The position numbers and the translations under genes were made by a program. The notes beneath the pieces are model-generated. The model was not told the DNA's origin. It searched no databases and saw only the letters and a list, made by a program, of their open reading frames with translations. From Nemertoderma westbladi (lineage: Eukaryota > Animalia > Xenacoelomorpha): DNA of 64,000 nucleotides. This document shows positions 41,239 through 54,750 of the stretch, one piece after another; position 1 is the stretch's first letter, and each line of letters begins with the position of its first letter. The stretch lies in the NCBI GenBank assembly GCA_032718475.1, contig JAUCBJ010003564.1, forward strand, positions 90,611-154,610, read 5' to 3'.

Positions 41239-42065
41239 CCCTTAAGGAGGGATGATGGTGGATTGGTTCCCAGAGGAAATAAATGATATACCAACAAAGT
41301 TTTTTCGATTGGACCTTCTCAAGTTCGTTTGAATGCTTGGAGTGTCAGGAATATTTGAAAAGGGGGTGTAAGCACAGGTTGCCATGGGCACAGTAACTGT
41401 ATACCGATACGGCCAAACGACCTCTAACGGCATAAGAAACATAAGTGTTACTTTGGTTTACCGCTTAGACACAAACCTCAGACAACCAACGTACAATGAT
41501 GGTGGTGGTGGATAACCAGTGTCTCCTCATAGTAAAAGAAGACATTGACTGATTAAAGCCGCGGAATAAGGCGTTTAAAATAAGTGGAAAATTGTTCACA
41601 ATGGCCGCATAAATAACTACAATGGGCGTGTAAATAACTAATCAATCAGTTCATTTCATTTAACAACAAACAGGTCACGCCGCCACTTTAACTTCCGGCA
41701 CATCTAATAATTACCACTGGGATTTGTTGCCAGGAATTCTGGCTATGTAGGTCCAGTCGGTAAAGTCGAGATGGAAAGGAAAAGTCAATTGCAATTGATA
41801 CACTAGAGAATACAACTGAACAATATCTGTGTGTTAGGAGCTAGCGGAACCATTGTAATATAGGCCTAACACAGCACACAACCTCATCTCAGTTACATGG
41901 GTACAGGATAGCGAGATTAAATAATTACTTTGAGTAGGCTACTTTCCCTACAGCATACTGTGTGTGTGTGTTGGTATTGCAGTAGCCCTTTACAGCTTTA
42001 CCTACACCCAATATACCCAATGCTCTGGTGTTCGTCGTTAAATTAAATAAACTAAGCAATCTTAA

Positions 42066-42262
42066 CGTATATACGGAGCCCCTAAAGGGACATGGGCTTC
42101 CCCTTTTTTCCTATGTCCGACCCGGTGCTACTAAGTCCGGCTCAGAGAAATTGCCATTGGACCCCAGTCCCACTTAATACTTAATTTGAATTTCCCTCCC
42201 TTATATATTATCTCCGGGACGGACTTAGATAAAAAGGGAAAACCCATGTCCCTTTTACCCCA
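42066..42262. mobile_element. MITE-like element with subterminal inverted repeats
   Basis: AAAGGGACATGGGCTTCCCTTTTT... is mirrored by ...AAAAAGGGAAAACCCATGTCCCTTT. Confidence 0.6.
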
Positions 42263-43088
42263 ATAATAATAAATAGTGATACTTCTTGACATTACTCTAC
42301 ATATCCTGTCAACAGAACAATTAACGATATAATTAATGTACGTAACTCAAATTAACAATTTGTGAAATCTGAAATCTGTTGTGATCCAGCTGTTGTGTTT
42401 CTAGTTTACTGGTTTTACATTGGCTCTATGGTGCTATGGAGATCAAAGTGTAGTTGTCAAGTTGTGGGTATCTGCTTAGATTTTGCTTATAATTATTTCG
42501 AGTTAACACTAAGTGTCACGTGGTGCGCGAAGGCTCCACTTCGTGTATTCATATAGATGACGAATTTTAAGGTGTTTCTGTTTAATTAAAGCGTCCTTAA
42601 TGTCACTCCGATTTCAGATAACAAACAACTCTTAAGATGCCGCGCGTAGATTTTCTTTGGGAATGGATCTACTGCATTTGTAGGCCTACCGTGTAGGGCC
42701 TACTGTGCAGTACTCCACAGTACAGCCTGCGGAGTACGCAGTACACACTCAATATTACTGTAGGCCTAGGCCTTCTCATATTATATAGATAACGCCTATG
42801 TGACGTGAGCAACAAGCATACAGTATATGTAATAAACAACTACAGTACAACTGGGTTGGACAATGGTATATAAATTAATGTTGATCTCGATAAAATATGC
42901 TTATTCATTACATATTATACAATGCGCGCTGACATGATAAAGCTGTACCACGCCCAGAATGAACATCCTTTCCAGTTGACTCTACTTGTAAGATATTTAT
43001 CACTCTAGTCTCTATTACTATGTACTGTACAGCAGCATTCGGCAGCGGCAGCTAGCACCTATCTAATGATTGTAATTTGTAATCAAAA

Positions 43089-44703
43089 TATAACATTGTG
43101 TGCCGTGCCGTATAACATTGTGTGCCGTGCCGTATAACATTGTGTGCCGTGCCGTATAACATTGTGTGCCGTGCCGTATAACATCGTGTGCCGTGCCGTA
43201 TAACATTGTGTGCCGTGCCGTATAACATTGTGTGCTGTGCCGAATAACATTGTGTGCCGTGCCGTATAACATTGTGTGCCGTGCCGTATAACATTGTGTG
43301 CCGAACCGTATAACATTGTGTGCTGTGACGTATAACATTGTGTGCCGTGCCGTATAACATTGTGTGCCGTGCCGTATAACATTGTGTGCCGTGCCGTATA
43401 ACATTGTGTGCCGTGCCGTATAACATTGTGTGCCGTGCCGTATAACATGGTGTGCCGTGCCGTATAACATTGTGTGCCGTGCCGTTTAACATTGTGTGCC
43501 GTACCGTATAACATTGTGTGCTGTGACGTATAACATTGTGTGCCGTGCCGTATAACATTGTGTGCCGAGCCGTATAACATTGTGTGCCGTGCCGTATAAC
43601 ATTGTGTGCCGTGCCGTATAACATTGTGTGCCGTGCCGTATAACATTGTGTGCTGTGCCGTATAACATTGTGTGCTGTGCCGTAAAACATTGTGTGCCGA
43701 GCCGTATAACATTGTGTGCCGTGCCGTATAACATTGTGTGCCGTATATAACATTGTGTGCCGTGCCGTATAACATTGTGTGCTGTGCCGTATAACATTGT
43801 GTGCCGTGCCGTATAACATTGTGTGCCGTGCCGTATAACATTGTGTGCCGTGCCGTATAACATTGTGTGCTGTGCCGTATAACATTGTGTGCCGTGCCGT
43901 ATAACATTGTGTGCCGTGCCGTATAACATTGTGTGCTGTGCCGTATAACATTGTATGCCGTGCCGTATAACATTGTGCGCCGTGCCGTATAACATTGTGT
44001 GCTGTGCCGTATAACATTGTGTGCCGTGCCGTATAACATTGTGTGCTGTGCCGTATAACATTGTATGCCGTGCCGTATAACATTGTGTGCCGTGCCGTAT
44101 AACATTGTGTGCTGTGCCGTATAACATTGTGTGCCGTGCCGTATAACATTGTGTGCCGTGCCGTATAACATTGTGTGCTGTGCCGTATAACATTGTATGC
44201 CGTGCCGTATAACATTGTGCGCCGTGCCGTATAACATTGTGTACCGTGCCGTATATAACATTGTGTGCCGTATAACATTGTGTGCCGTGCCGTATAACAT
44301 TGTGTGCCGTGCCGTATAAAATTGTGTGCCGTGCCGTATATAACATTGTGTGCCGCGCCGTATAACATTGTGTGCTGTGCCGTATAACATTGTGTGCCGT
44401 GCCGTATAAAATTGTGTGCCGTGCCGTATATAACATTGTGTGCCGCGCCGTATAACATTGTGTGCTGTGCCGTATAACATTGTGTGCCGTGCCGTATATA
44501 ACATTGTGTGCCGCGCCGTATAACATTGTGTGCTGTGCCGTATAACATTGTGTGCTGTGCCGTATAACATTGTGTGCCGTGCCGTATAAAATTGTGTGCC
44601 GTGCCGTATATAACATTGTGTGCCGCGCCGTATAACATTGTGTGCTGTGCCGTATAACATTGTGTGCCGCGCCGTATAACATTGTGTGCCGTGCCGTATA
44701 TAA
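43089..44703 (+). repeat. 22-bp minisatellite, about 73 copies
   Basis: Unit ATAACATTGTGTGCCGTGCCGT. Confidence 0.97.
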
Positions 44704-46924
44704 TAATTACATTAGACAGTTGTTTACTGTCTAATTGTAACTTCTTTAAATCATATTCCAATACAAATTGGGGACTACTCGACCGATTTACAGTACTACC
44801 GATGGAATAGCCTGATGGATGACTTAACCAAATATCCCATTAACATATTATTATACGTTACATTTTTTATTGTTGGTGCGGATGTGGTGCATAGTGCATA
44901 CTATTATTTTTATTAATATTGGCATGGAAATAAATTGAAAATTGAAAAAAAAATTGAATTTAGCAGATACACTATTACACATAAGTCCGTATTTATAATG
45001 GTGGGGGCCACTGGCCTGTTCACAATTTTCAAATTTTTATGTCTCACTCCCACACTGGTCCTTAAGGGAGGGGGGGGGGGGGGGGGGGGGGGTGTTCACC
45101 GAGCAGGTTAAGATTTGGACGTTTTTTATTTTTAATTTTATCTAATAAAGAATTTTACGGTGATTTTAGTGATAAAATACGCCGATGTGGCCAGTCATGT
45201 ACCATCACCGTTTATCATTACCATTTAGAAGAAAAACAATAACACTGTAGTGCACCACGATCTAAGTGGGTGACCAGTGTGTCTGGCTGGGTGACCAGCT
45301 TTCCATTTGCCCGAAACTATCTACCTAAAAAATGTTGTCTCATGAATTACTATTTTGGCTGTTTATATTTAGGTAGACGTTGTACTTGTCTTTAATTGAA
45401 GTTCACGATGTTGCTCACGTGTATTTTTTATAACATTTCTTTTTGAAAACTCCCCTTTTCTTACCAATATTTAATGTATTTTCCGTTTACCTTTTTAATG
45501 GAATAATAGTCCTTTAATTCAACTTCATAATTTATATTAATTTATCGAATATTTTTATCATCTTTTTTTTATTAATTTTAACACAATAACCTTATACTTG
45601 TATATACACCACTGATTTTATACTTAAATTTAATCAGTAATTAATTATAATAATTGCTATTTGGATTGAACTCCTACTTACAGTACAGGCCACCAGAAAA
45701 CGCAGATTTGTACAAATGTGAACACATTTTATCAAATGTGTACCAGAGAGTAATGTAATGTTGTCGAACGGGACAATTGAACATAATTGAATTGGCAACA
45801 ACCAAAATTTTTTCGCCAAAGGATATATTTGAATACTTTTGAAACGCTTAGTAATCTGCATCTCTCTGTAGTTTGCCGCGAACTGTCACTCACTGCAGCT
45901 GGAAATGCCTCTCGGTGTCAGACTAATGGCGCGACATCTCCCTGCACTAAATTAATTATGCAATGGTCTAGGCTCCTCCATCCACATACCCATCCACTCC
46001 CATACACTCCATGAACCTCCATGTGGTCTTGTATGTAGTTCTCTCTCTACCAATACAGCCCATGTCCGCAATGTTAGGCACTGGGGGCTTCTCTCATCTA
46101 CCTGATATCAGACAGACAGGCGCACCGCACACTAAGCCTTTGTCGGTCCCAGCAAGTTAGCCTCCTGCTGTGTGATCTAGAAGATAACTCGCCATTGAAT
46201 TAATGTAGTGACCTGCCAATCAGATGACTTGACCAAATGTGTTCACATGTGATAACATTTGATGAAATCTGCTTTTTCTGGTGCCGAGGGGCGATGAGTA
46301 ATTGGTTCCCCTTTAATGTCTTCTGTTAACTTAAACAGAGAACATTAACAGAGGGTTTTATCAGAGAGTGCAAATTTGGTGAGCAATTTACCTATTTTAG
46401 TTCGCTGTTTAAATGTTCTCTGTTAGCCTTCTGTTTAGGGGGTGAGCAGATCATTAACAGAGAACTAACTTTTCCATATGCGGTCCCTTTGATGTATGAA
46501 AATTTCCATAGGCGGCATCCCTTTATTCTTGTTAATGATTCAATATAAAAACATCCACTGATAATGTGTAGTGCCACCCACGATCCCGATTATGTTTACT
46601 CTATACTGTCTAAATTGTTTATAGTGATCTACTCATGTGTACTCGCATGGTCAACTATATACTCAGCAACGCAACCTAAAGAGCTGCATAATACTGTAGA
46701 GCCTTAAAATAACGTATTAAGAGACACATTATTTATTTAAAGACGCCTGTGGAACTTAAGGCTCCATTGCTCTAAAAAATTTAATATCAGAAAAATGTTA
46801 TTTTTTAACGAAAATTTTGTTAAATCCATTCTAATTCACATAGGGGCCTCCTAATTAAAATATTGATAGCATCGATTCAATAATTAAATTTATTATATTA
46901 ATGAAAAGGAGTAGGTTACAGTGA

Positions 46925-47075
46925 AGGTAAAGTAAAAGTAAAGTTTTCTTCGGCCGGTAGGCCAGTGATTACGCACAAAGTCTTATTTCCAGTGCGGTCC
47001 CAGAGAATTACAAGAGGAAACTCCAGTACTCATTTAGGTACCACTCAAGTAAGGATGCAAGGAAGAGTACAATAG
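46925..47075 (-). mobile_element. SINE 3' portion with (TTTAC)n tail; related copies at 61575-61675 (+) and 63007-63167 (-)
   Basis: Shared core CCTTGCATCCTT...TAAATGAGTACTGG...CACTGGAAATAAG, with a simple-repeat tail. Confidence 0.7.
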
Positions 47076-47974
47076 CGTACCGAGGGGGAGACCGTGTGGC
47101 TATAGCCTCTCCCTTGAAAGAAAGTAGAAAAAAATTCCTCAAAAATTTAACTATCAGAAGTTATCTTAATTAAGCCGTAGCGGTTTAATCTATTGCCTTG
47201 AATTCACGTCCCCCTGAAGGTGGTGTGTTTAAAACCCACAAATTGTATGTACATGTAAGCGGATTCAATTCCATTGCACTATCCACCCGAAAATGGGACC
47301 AGTGGTATTTTACCAATATAGTTGAGGATACGAGATTACCAATAATAATCTCGCCTCATAACCAACTTTGGGGGGGGGGGGGCGATACAAGCCCTAAAGC
47401 CACAGAGAGAGGTGAGAGGTCAAACCACCTCGGAGGGAGAACACAGCTAGTAAATGCTAGCGGCGGGGGGAAACACTCACAGGGAGTGCCAAAGTGACAA
47501 TTAGTATGTAAGCCAATAGCAGGCAGGGGAGTACGTGAACGGAGATAGGAGAGCATCCACTGGGTATAGAAGGCCAAGTAGAGTAAGAGGTGAAACCAAT
47601 ATCTGTGTGTATCAATCATATATTATTCTGTATTACTGAATTACCGGTCAGTTCATTAATCACAGAGATGCAGACCAGTCATAATTTTCGACCGTCGCCA
47701 ACTAATATCTATTACCGATTTACTGTTGTCATTCATTCTGTATTGCGATATCAGTCACATTACTAATTCTGTGCTATTATCATTTGGAACATTAACATTG
47801 AGGAACACAAAACTCTGTTATTTTCCCAAACGGCTCTCAGCCTAAAGAACATTAGCCCAGCAGACCAGCAGTCAGGCGACGCGTACAAAATATAACCCGG
47901 TCGGGATCTACGATCCCATCACAGTACAAAATGTATTTTTTGTTTACAATTAGGTCTCCGTAGTAACCGTATGA

Positions 47975-49125
47975 AAATCCCTGATGCGATTTAATAGAAT
48001 TCTATTGTATAGCTTTGCAGCAATCGAGATCAATGAGATTCCCCGAAAAGAACCATAGAGTGTTAGGTTGCCCTTCTTGGGAACTGGCACCAACTTATTT
48101 GTTTTCATTTCTTGTGGGACTCTTGTTGTTCGGTACATGTCTACTACTGTATGATGGGATAGATGAGCTTTAAACACTCAGGTATTTTAAAGACCTCAGG
48201 GGGAACACCATCTACTCCACTGGCACGATTGGTCTTAATGCTCTTTGCAGTAGCCTTCACTTCTGCAAAGGAGATATCACCAATGGGAATATCTGGGAGT
48301 ACAGACTCAGACACTTTTACTTCTATAAAGTTATCAGGCAATACCCTGTCATTATTGAGGAGCTTTTCAAAGTGGGCCTTCCAACCATTGAGGCGATCGG
48401 CTGGTGATTCAGCCTTAACCTTGGTGGTTGGTTGGCTTTTTCGACCAGCAAGCAAGTTGATCGATCTCCATGCCTGTGATGATTGCCTGCTGTCGTCAGC
48501 ATGATTGATGGCATCAACCTGTTGGTTTATTAGCTCCTGTAAATTAACAGAGTACTGCCTGCTTCAGGGACCTAGATGCAGCCTTAACTGCATTCTTGGC
48601 CACTGTAGTCTGTTTGAGTCGGGACTCTTTCTGCGCCTTGTAGAGGTCATTTCGGCACTTCTGAATTTTGTTGTCAGTCCAGGGGGCCCGTTTCCTGTTT
48701 CGAGGGTATACAGGAACTGTTTCTGCAGCTGCTAACTTAACTGCTTCTGTGAAGGCAGTATAGCCCTCACAGTGATCTGCCGCCTCAGAGGCAAGAACCT
48801 CATACCTGTTGCTCAGCTATAGTGTGAAGCTGGATCTCACACTTGGCTGTTGCAACAGAGAGGACCAGTCATGCCGCGGCAAGGCAGATTTCATTGTTCT
48901 GCTAGCACGCATACTAAGTCTTACCTTGGCCACAATAAGGCAGTGATCACTGGAGAAGGGTCGTAGTGTAAATGCATTACAGTCTTGTATAGAGCTCCTG
49001 TATTTCCTACGAAACAGGATATGGTCTATCTGGGACTTGTGACCACTGGGTCCACTATGAGTCCATAGCTTTCCAGTTCGCTTCTTGAACTGGGTTCCAG
49101 CCGAAAACAATAAAATTCCAGAGAT
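47975..49125 (-). mobile_element. RTE-clade LINE internal fragment (endonuclease C-terminus to start of RT), frameshifted
   Basis: KLWTHSGPSGHKSQIDHIL...SSDHCLIVAKVRL, KTNRASGVDGVPPEV and LVPVPKKGNL...FRGISLISIAAKLYNRILLNRI. Confidence 0.9.
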
Positions 49126-49979
49126 AAAATCCTGAAGACTGATCTTGGCCGCTGTAGTGCGGTGTACACCTTGTAAATCTCCAACAGCTCTGGCATACCC
49201 CCCATCATCGTAGTACCTGGTAGTAGTAGTATAGCCAACTGTATTTCAGGAAACACCCTTCTTTGGATCTAACATGATGTCACCACGAATAACTGAAAGA
49301 ATATCTTCAAAATGAACAGGATAAAACCTGAACCTTTCAAAAAAAATCATATTGTCGTAATTGGGATAACGGGTTGTACTTCTTATTATATACTGGTTTA
49401 CGCCTGTTACCAATTTCTATGTCAAACTGAACACGCCACATGTTAATGTTAAATATTAAAGTTGGCAATATTACATGGTGTGTTAACACGTGCTTCTGCT
49501 AATAGCCTAAACAGAGGTTTTACCTCTGTTAAGGAAAATGTTCTCAGTTAGTTCACAGAGAACTAACAGTGAACGTAAAACTCACCCTTTAACAGTGACT
49601 TATCAGACAGAGAACTAACATTGCCAATAACTCACCGACTAAAATTATCAGCGAACAAATCTTCTCTGTTAGCTTAACAGAGGCTTAACAGAGGCAATTG
49701 CTCATCGCCCCTGTACTGTACTTTGCTTTTTACTCACAATTTTATATTTTAACCATTCTTTAAAAATTTAATTAAATAAAGTAACAAAAGTTTTCCAAAG
49801 TACCTGTAGGCCTGTTAATACGGTACCGGTATGCTATGCTTGTCACAGTCGATTTTACTCTAAGTTAAATTCCTGATTATTTCTTTTCTACAATTAATGA
49901 TGACTACTCAACTGTTCTATTTAATCGGATAGTAACAAAACAACTCTTAGGATAATAACTCCACTCTACCGGTTTCTAG

Positions 49980-50258
49980 AGCCCATGTAAAGAATACCAG
50001 GATTTCACTTTTCGGTGGATTTTCTATTGGAATTTTATATATGAAGATTTTTTATTTTTTTAAATTATCTTTATTAAGTGTTTTATAGCGCTTATTTCTG
50101 TCTTATAACCTGTACATAAAATAATTCGTTTATTGTTTTGGTTAGATTCAGCCCTTCTGTAACCTTGGTTTTTGGTGAAAACCTATGGTATTCTTCACAT
50201 GGGGGTAACTGCAAAGTGAAATATAACGGTAGAAAGTCTGGTATTCTTCACATGGGCC
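49980..50258. mobile_element. Second copy of the 24531-24808 MITE
   Basis: Same TIR, and near-identical internal sequence over its full length. Confidence 0.85.
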
Positions 50259-51278
50259 CCCGGGTGCCCGGGTATTACTTTTGCATAATAAGATATATTT
50301 AAATAAATAAATACTAAATACCCCCTATAGCTAAGCCTCCTCAACGGCCTCAAAACGTCCAGTGGGATTATTTATATTTTTTTAAATCTCATGTAATTTT
50401 ATGATGATAATTTTATTAAATCCAAATTCAGATGTATAATGTAGGCCTAGGTAACAAGTGATTATTAGGCCTATTATGAAAATTCAATCACAGGTAATTT
50501 GTGAAAAGTAGAAAAAAAATATTTAAGAGTTTCACTAGAATCTGATAATTTTCCATGATGACGAGGATTTAGTTAGGAAGGCTGGACGTGGACAGCCGTA
50601 TTAAAGATAATTCCGTTCCAAATTGTAAAAATCCTGTGAAATGAGATTCTACCTATAGTATTAGGATGAAATAGATAACTAAAATAACAGTATATCAATT
50701 GGTAAATAATGATGTTACTAAGATACGAAAGGGAAAGAAACATTAAAAGAAAAAGTAGAAATAAGGCTAAAAATACCCCACTAACTAAGGCAGAAATACA
50801 AATGGACCAATGAGATGCCGGGATTTATTCCAAGTAGTATTTCCCTGGTGGAACTGTAGGCAACAACTGTAGGCTAGGCCTACAACTGTAGTTACACACT
50901 GCTGGCCACGAGTGGCATAACTTCATTCCCAAGAAAACACCAAACAAGTACCCTTCCCTAGGATATAAATAATAATTATAAGCATAACTCATTAATGACA
51001 GTGACAGGATAGACAGTAACGGCATAAAAAACAATAGCAAGTATACATACTGCAGGTAGAATAAATAATAAAACAAAATTAAAAGTAGTGGTTTGTAAAG
51101 TGTATCATCTTGGATCACTCATTCCATGCCATGATATAAGAATATTATAATCCGGTAGATATATGCCGTTTTTTTTTTCACTGAACCTTGCATGGCGGGA
51201 GTATATAAAGTAAATGTTTTGAGAGATTTTCTTAGGAAATTTTATTGTGGTAAGTATAACATGTTGCCATTACAATTA

Positions 51279-52780
51279 AACTTACATCACCTGAATCCCC
51301 CCATCTTATGGTACACTATAACTTACATCACCTGAATCCCCATCTTAGGGCACACTTTAACTTACATCACCTGAATCCCCATCTTATGGTACACTTTAAC
51401 TTACATCACCTGAATCCCCATCTTATGGTACACTTTAACTTACATCACCTGAATCCCCATCTTATGGCGCACTTTAACTTACATCACCTGAATCCCCATC
51501 TTAGGGCACACTTTAACTTACATCACCTGAATCCCCATCTTATGGCGCACTTTAACTTACATCACCTGAATCCCCATCTTACGGTACACTTTAACTTACA
51601 TCACCTGAATCTCCCCATCTTATGGTACACTTTAACTTACATCACCTGAATCCCCATCTTATGGTACACTATAACTTACATCACATGAATCCCCATCTTA
51701 TGGTACACTATAACTTACATCACATGAATCCCCATCTTATGGCACACATTAACTTACATCACCTGAATCCCCATCTTATGGTACACTTTAACTTACATCA
51801 CCTGAATCCCCATCTTATGGTACACTATAACTTACATCACATGAATCCCCATCTTATGGCACACATTAACTTACATCACCTGAATCCCCATCTTATGGTA
51901 CACTTTAACTTACATCACCTGAATCTCCCCATCTTATGGTACACTTTAACTTACATCACCTGAATCCCCATCTTATGGTACACTATAACTTACATCACAT
52001 GAATCCCCATCTTATGGCACACATTAACTTACATCACCTGAATCCCCATCTTATGGTACACTTTAACTTACATCACCTGAATCCCCATCTTATGGCGCAC
52101 TTTAACTTACATCACCTGAATCCCCATCTTATGGCGCACTTTAACTTACCTGAATCCCCATCTTATGGCGCACCTTAACTTACTACCTGAATCCCCATCT
52201 TATGGCACACATTAACTTACATCACCCGAATCCCCATCTTATGGCACACTTTAACTTACATCACCTGAATCCCCATCTTATGGTGCACTTTAACTTACCT
52301 GAATCCCCATCTTATGGCACACATTAACTTACATCACCTGAATCCCCATCTTATAGCACACTTTAACTTACATCACCTGAATCCCCATCTTATGGCGCAC
52401 TTAAAACTTACCTGAATCCCCATCTTATGGCACACATTAATTTACATCACCTGAATCCCCATCTTATGGCACACTTTAACTTACATCACCTGAATCCCCA
52501 TCTTATGGCACACTTTAACTTACATCACCTGAATCCCCATCTTATGGCGCACTTTAACTTACATCACCTGAATGTGGCGCACTTTAACTTACATCACCTG
52601 AATCCCCATCTTATGGCGCACCTTACCTTACATCACCTGAATCTCCATCTTATGGCACACTTTAACTTACATCACCTGAATCCCCATCTTATGGCATACT
52701 TTAACTTACATCACCTGAATCCCCATCTTATGGTACACTTTAACTTACATCACCTGAATCCCCATCTTATGGCGCACTTT
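51279..52780 (+). repeat. 39-bp minisatellite, about 38 copies
   Basis: Unit AACTTACATCACCTGAATCCCCATCTTATGGTACACTTT. Confidence 0.97.
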
Positions 52781-53051
52781 GGGGGGGGGGGGGGGGGGGG
52801 GGGGGAACTGGACTCAAATCCCATCTTGGAGAATTAATATCCGGCCTCAATGTTAAATTCGCAATTTAGGGAAAGGAGCAGGTTACAGTGGCACGTTATT
52901 TTAACCAAAAAACAAACTAAACACAATAAAACAGGCTACGGTCTTCTTTTTGAGAGTAATCAGCTGTTATTTGCGTCGAATTTCCCCTGGAGAGGGATTA
53001 ATTTGTATTGCGTCCAGTCCAGTACACCACCCCCCCCCCCCCCCCCCCCCC
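52781..53051. mobile_element. Second copy of the poly-G flanked MITE at 31396
   Basis: ACTGGACTCAAATCCCATCTTGG...TTGCGTCCAGTCC between poly-G and poly-C runs. Confidence 0.8.
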
Positions 53052-53197
53052 TCCTGCGTGGTATGTTATTGTTGGTATGTTATTGAATTAATTTGTAAAC
53101 TTAATTATTTAACTGTACAAAACTTCAATATCGTTACGATATAGCAAAATTTATAACTTGAAACCGGGAATGTTCCCATTGAGATAAGGCAAAGTCT

Positions 53198-53408
53198 ACT
53201 GACCGGACCCATTGCTCAATTTACCGGACCCGTGGACCGGACCCATTGACAGGAACCCATTGCCATTTAAAGGAGCAGGTTAGTAAAGGACCAGGTTACA
53301 GAGGCGTGTTGGGGGAACCAAAACAATAAACGAAAGTTAACACATGTTACAAGATTATGGGTTCGGTCTGCACAAAGTTGAGGTAATAATAAGGGTCCGG
53401 TCAATAAT
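53198..53408. mobile_element. Foldback MITE with GACCGGACCC modular arms
   Basis: GACCGGACCCATTG repeats on the left and GGGTCCGGTCAA on the right, around a central AAAGGAGCAGGTTA core. Confidence 0.6.
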
Positions 53409-54750
53409 ACACAAGTAAAATATAAATTATAATATAATGCTTCAATAATGCCGATCAGTAGCCACTTCTTTGGAATAATAGTGAGTAAAAATATCCTGTG
53501 GGATCGTAAATCGTATTGCTTTAATTTGGTCACTTTTACGAAAATCCTCAATGGTGCCAGTTCGGCATCAGACGGACTATTGATGCCAATAAATATGACC
53601 TGCCCAGTTAAAATATTTACTGTAAATTTTTTAAATAGTTGTTGTGTGAAATCGCTTCGATACAGTAATTTTACAAAAGCGCGCTTTTTTAAACGCTTAT
53701 AAAATGATGTAGAGGCGAATAAAAAATGTTGGCTCGGCGAGTTGAAGTTAGGTCTACTCGTATTGGCCGTAATCAACTATGAAAATAAAAATATTTATAA
53801 CGCGAGAAATAAAGTAGAACTTTTTTTCATTATTCTCGAGGCATTTAATTTACCGAGCGCCAACGAGGTTAATAAAGGGAATACACTATTAGTAGATTAG
53901 AAGAGAATGTTGAAAAAATGTTCTACGTTTTTTTCTCAGGTAATACATAATTTTATTCTTAAATTGGTACTTTTTTGTTGCTAAATTATAGATAGAGCGA
54001 TATATAGCTTTACACAAAATAAGTTGAACTGCAGTAAACATATTATTATTTCCATAATGTTAAAAATTAAATTATACGTTTCGGTTCCGGAAGTGGAAAA
54101 CATTTCATGAAGTTTAAGAAAAATGTATGGCATCAACTCTAGTGAGACGTGATAGTAAATAGTTAAACAGAAACAAAATAGTTACAAAAACTTTAAAGGT
54201 AAAAAATATATATACTAACTAGCGTGGTTTAGCGTGTAAACTATCTGATGAGTTCGTTAAAATAACCATTAATACGCAGGTATACTTATGTCAATGGAGA
54301 TGAATTAGAACAATATGAAAGTTTAATAAAATTACCGGCATGTGGTCTTTAGAAATTTAATAAACCGTAAAATTCAGATAAGAAACCAAAATATAAGACC
54401 AATTGCAAATGGAAGAGCAGGTTGATATACTAGTGTGATAGAAGCTGAAGCATTCCATATGAAATATCTCCAAAGATATAGGCAGAACACCGCTGGTAGT
54501 GCACCAGCAGTACCCCTGAGTAGCTAGAGTCCAATGGACTTCTAATACCAACTCCAGACAACCATTCCCTGGTTTAAATACTCAATCGACCGTGGTGCTA
54601 CAGACTGCCTTTATCAGTAACATTTGTGGTCAATTTACGACATATGTCATATTAAATATGCTGTAAATATAAGAAATCTGGCTATAACTGAAACCATTTG
54701 CCCACCAACCGGAAGTGGCTTACATAGAATACTGTAATATAATATTATTA

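Larger units (their letters stand above)
46287..49712. mobile_element. Harbinger-like MITE ends separated by about 3 kb of nested insertions
   Basis: AGGGGCGATGAGTAATTG at 46287 and CAATTGCTCATCGCCCCT near 49695-49712. TTAACAGAG modules occur at 46320-46470 and 49505-49695. No TSD resolved. Confidence 0.5.

Noticed and set aside
43052-52837. ORFs over the 22-bp and 39-bp arrays (His-rich, ankyrin-looking)
   Set aside because: Pure tandem-repeat artefacts, open in multiple frames.
54240-54290. Hammerhead ribozyme (CTGATGAG)
   Set aside because: No properly placed GAAA or closing stems found by eye.
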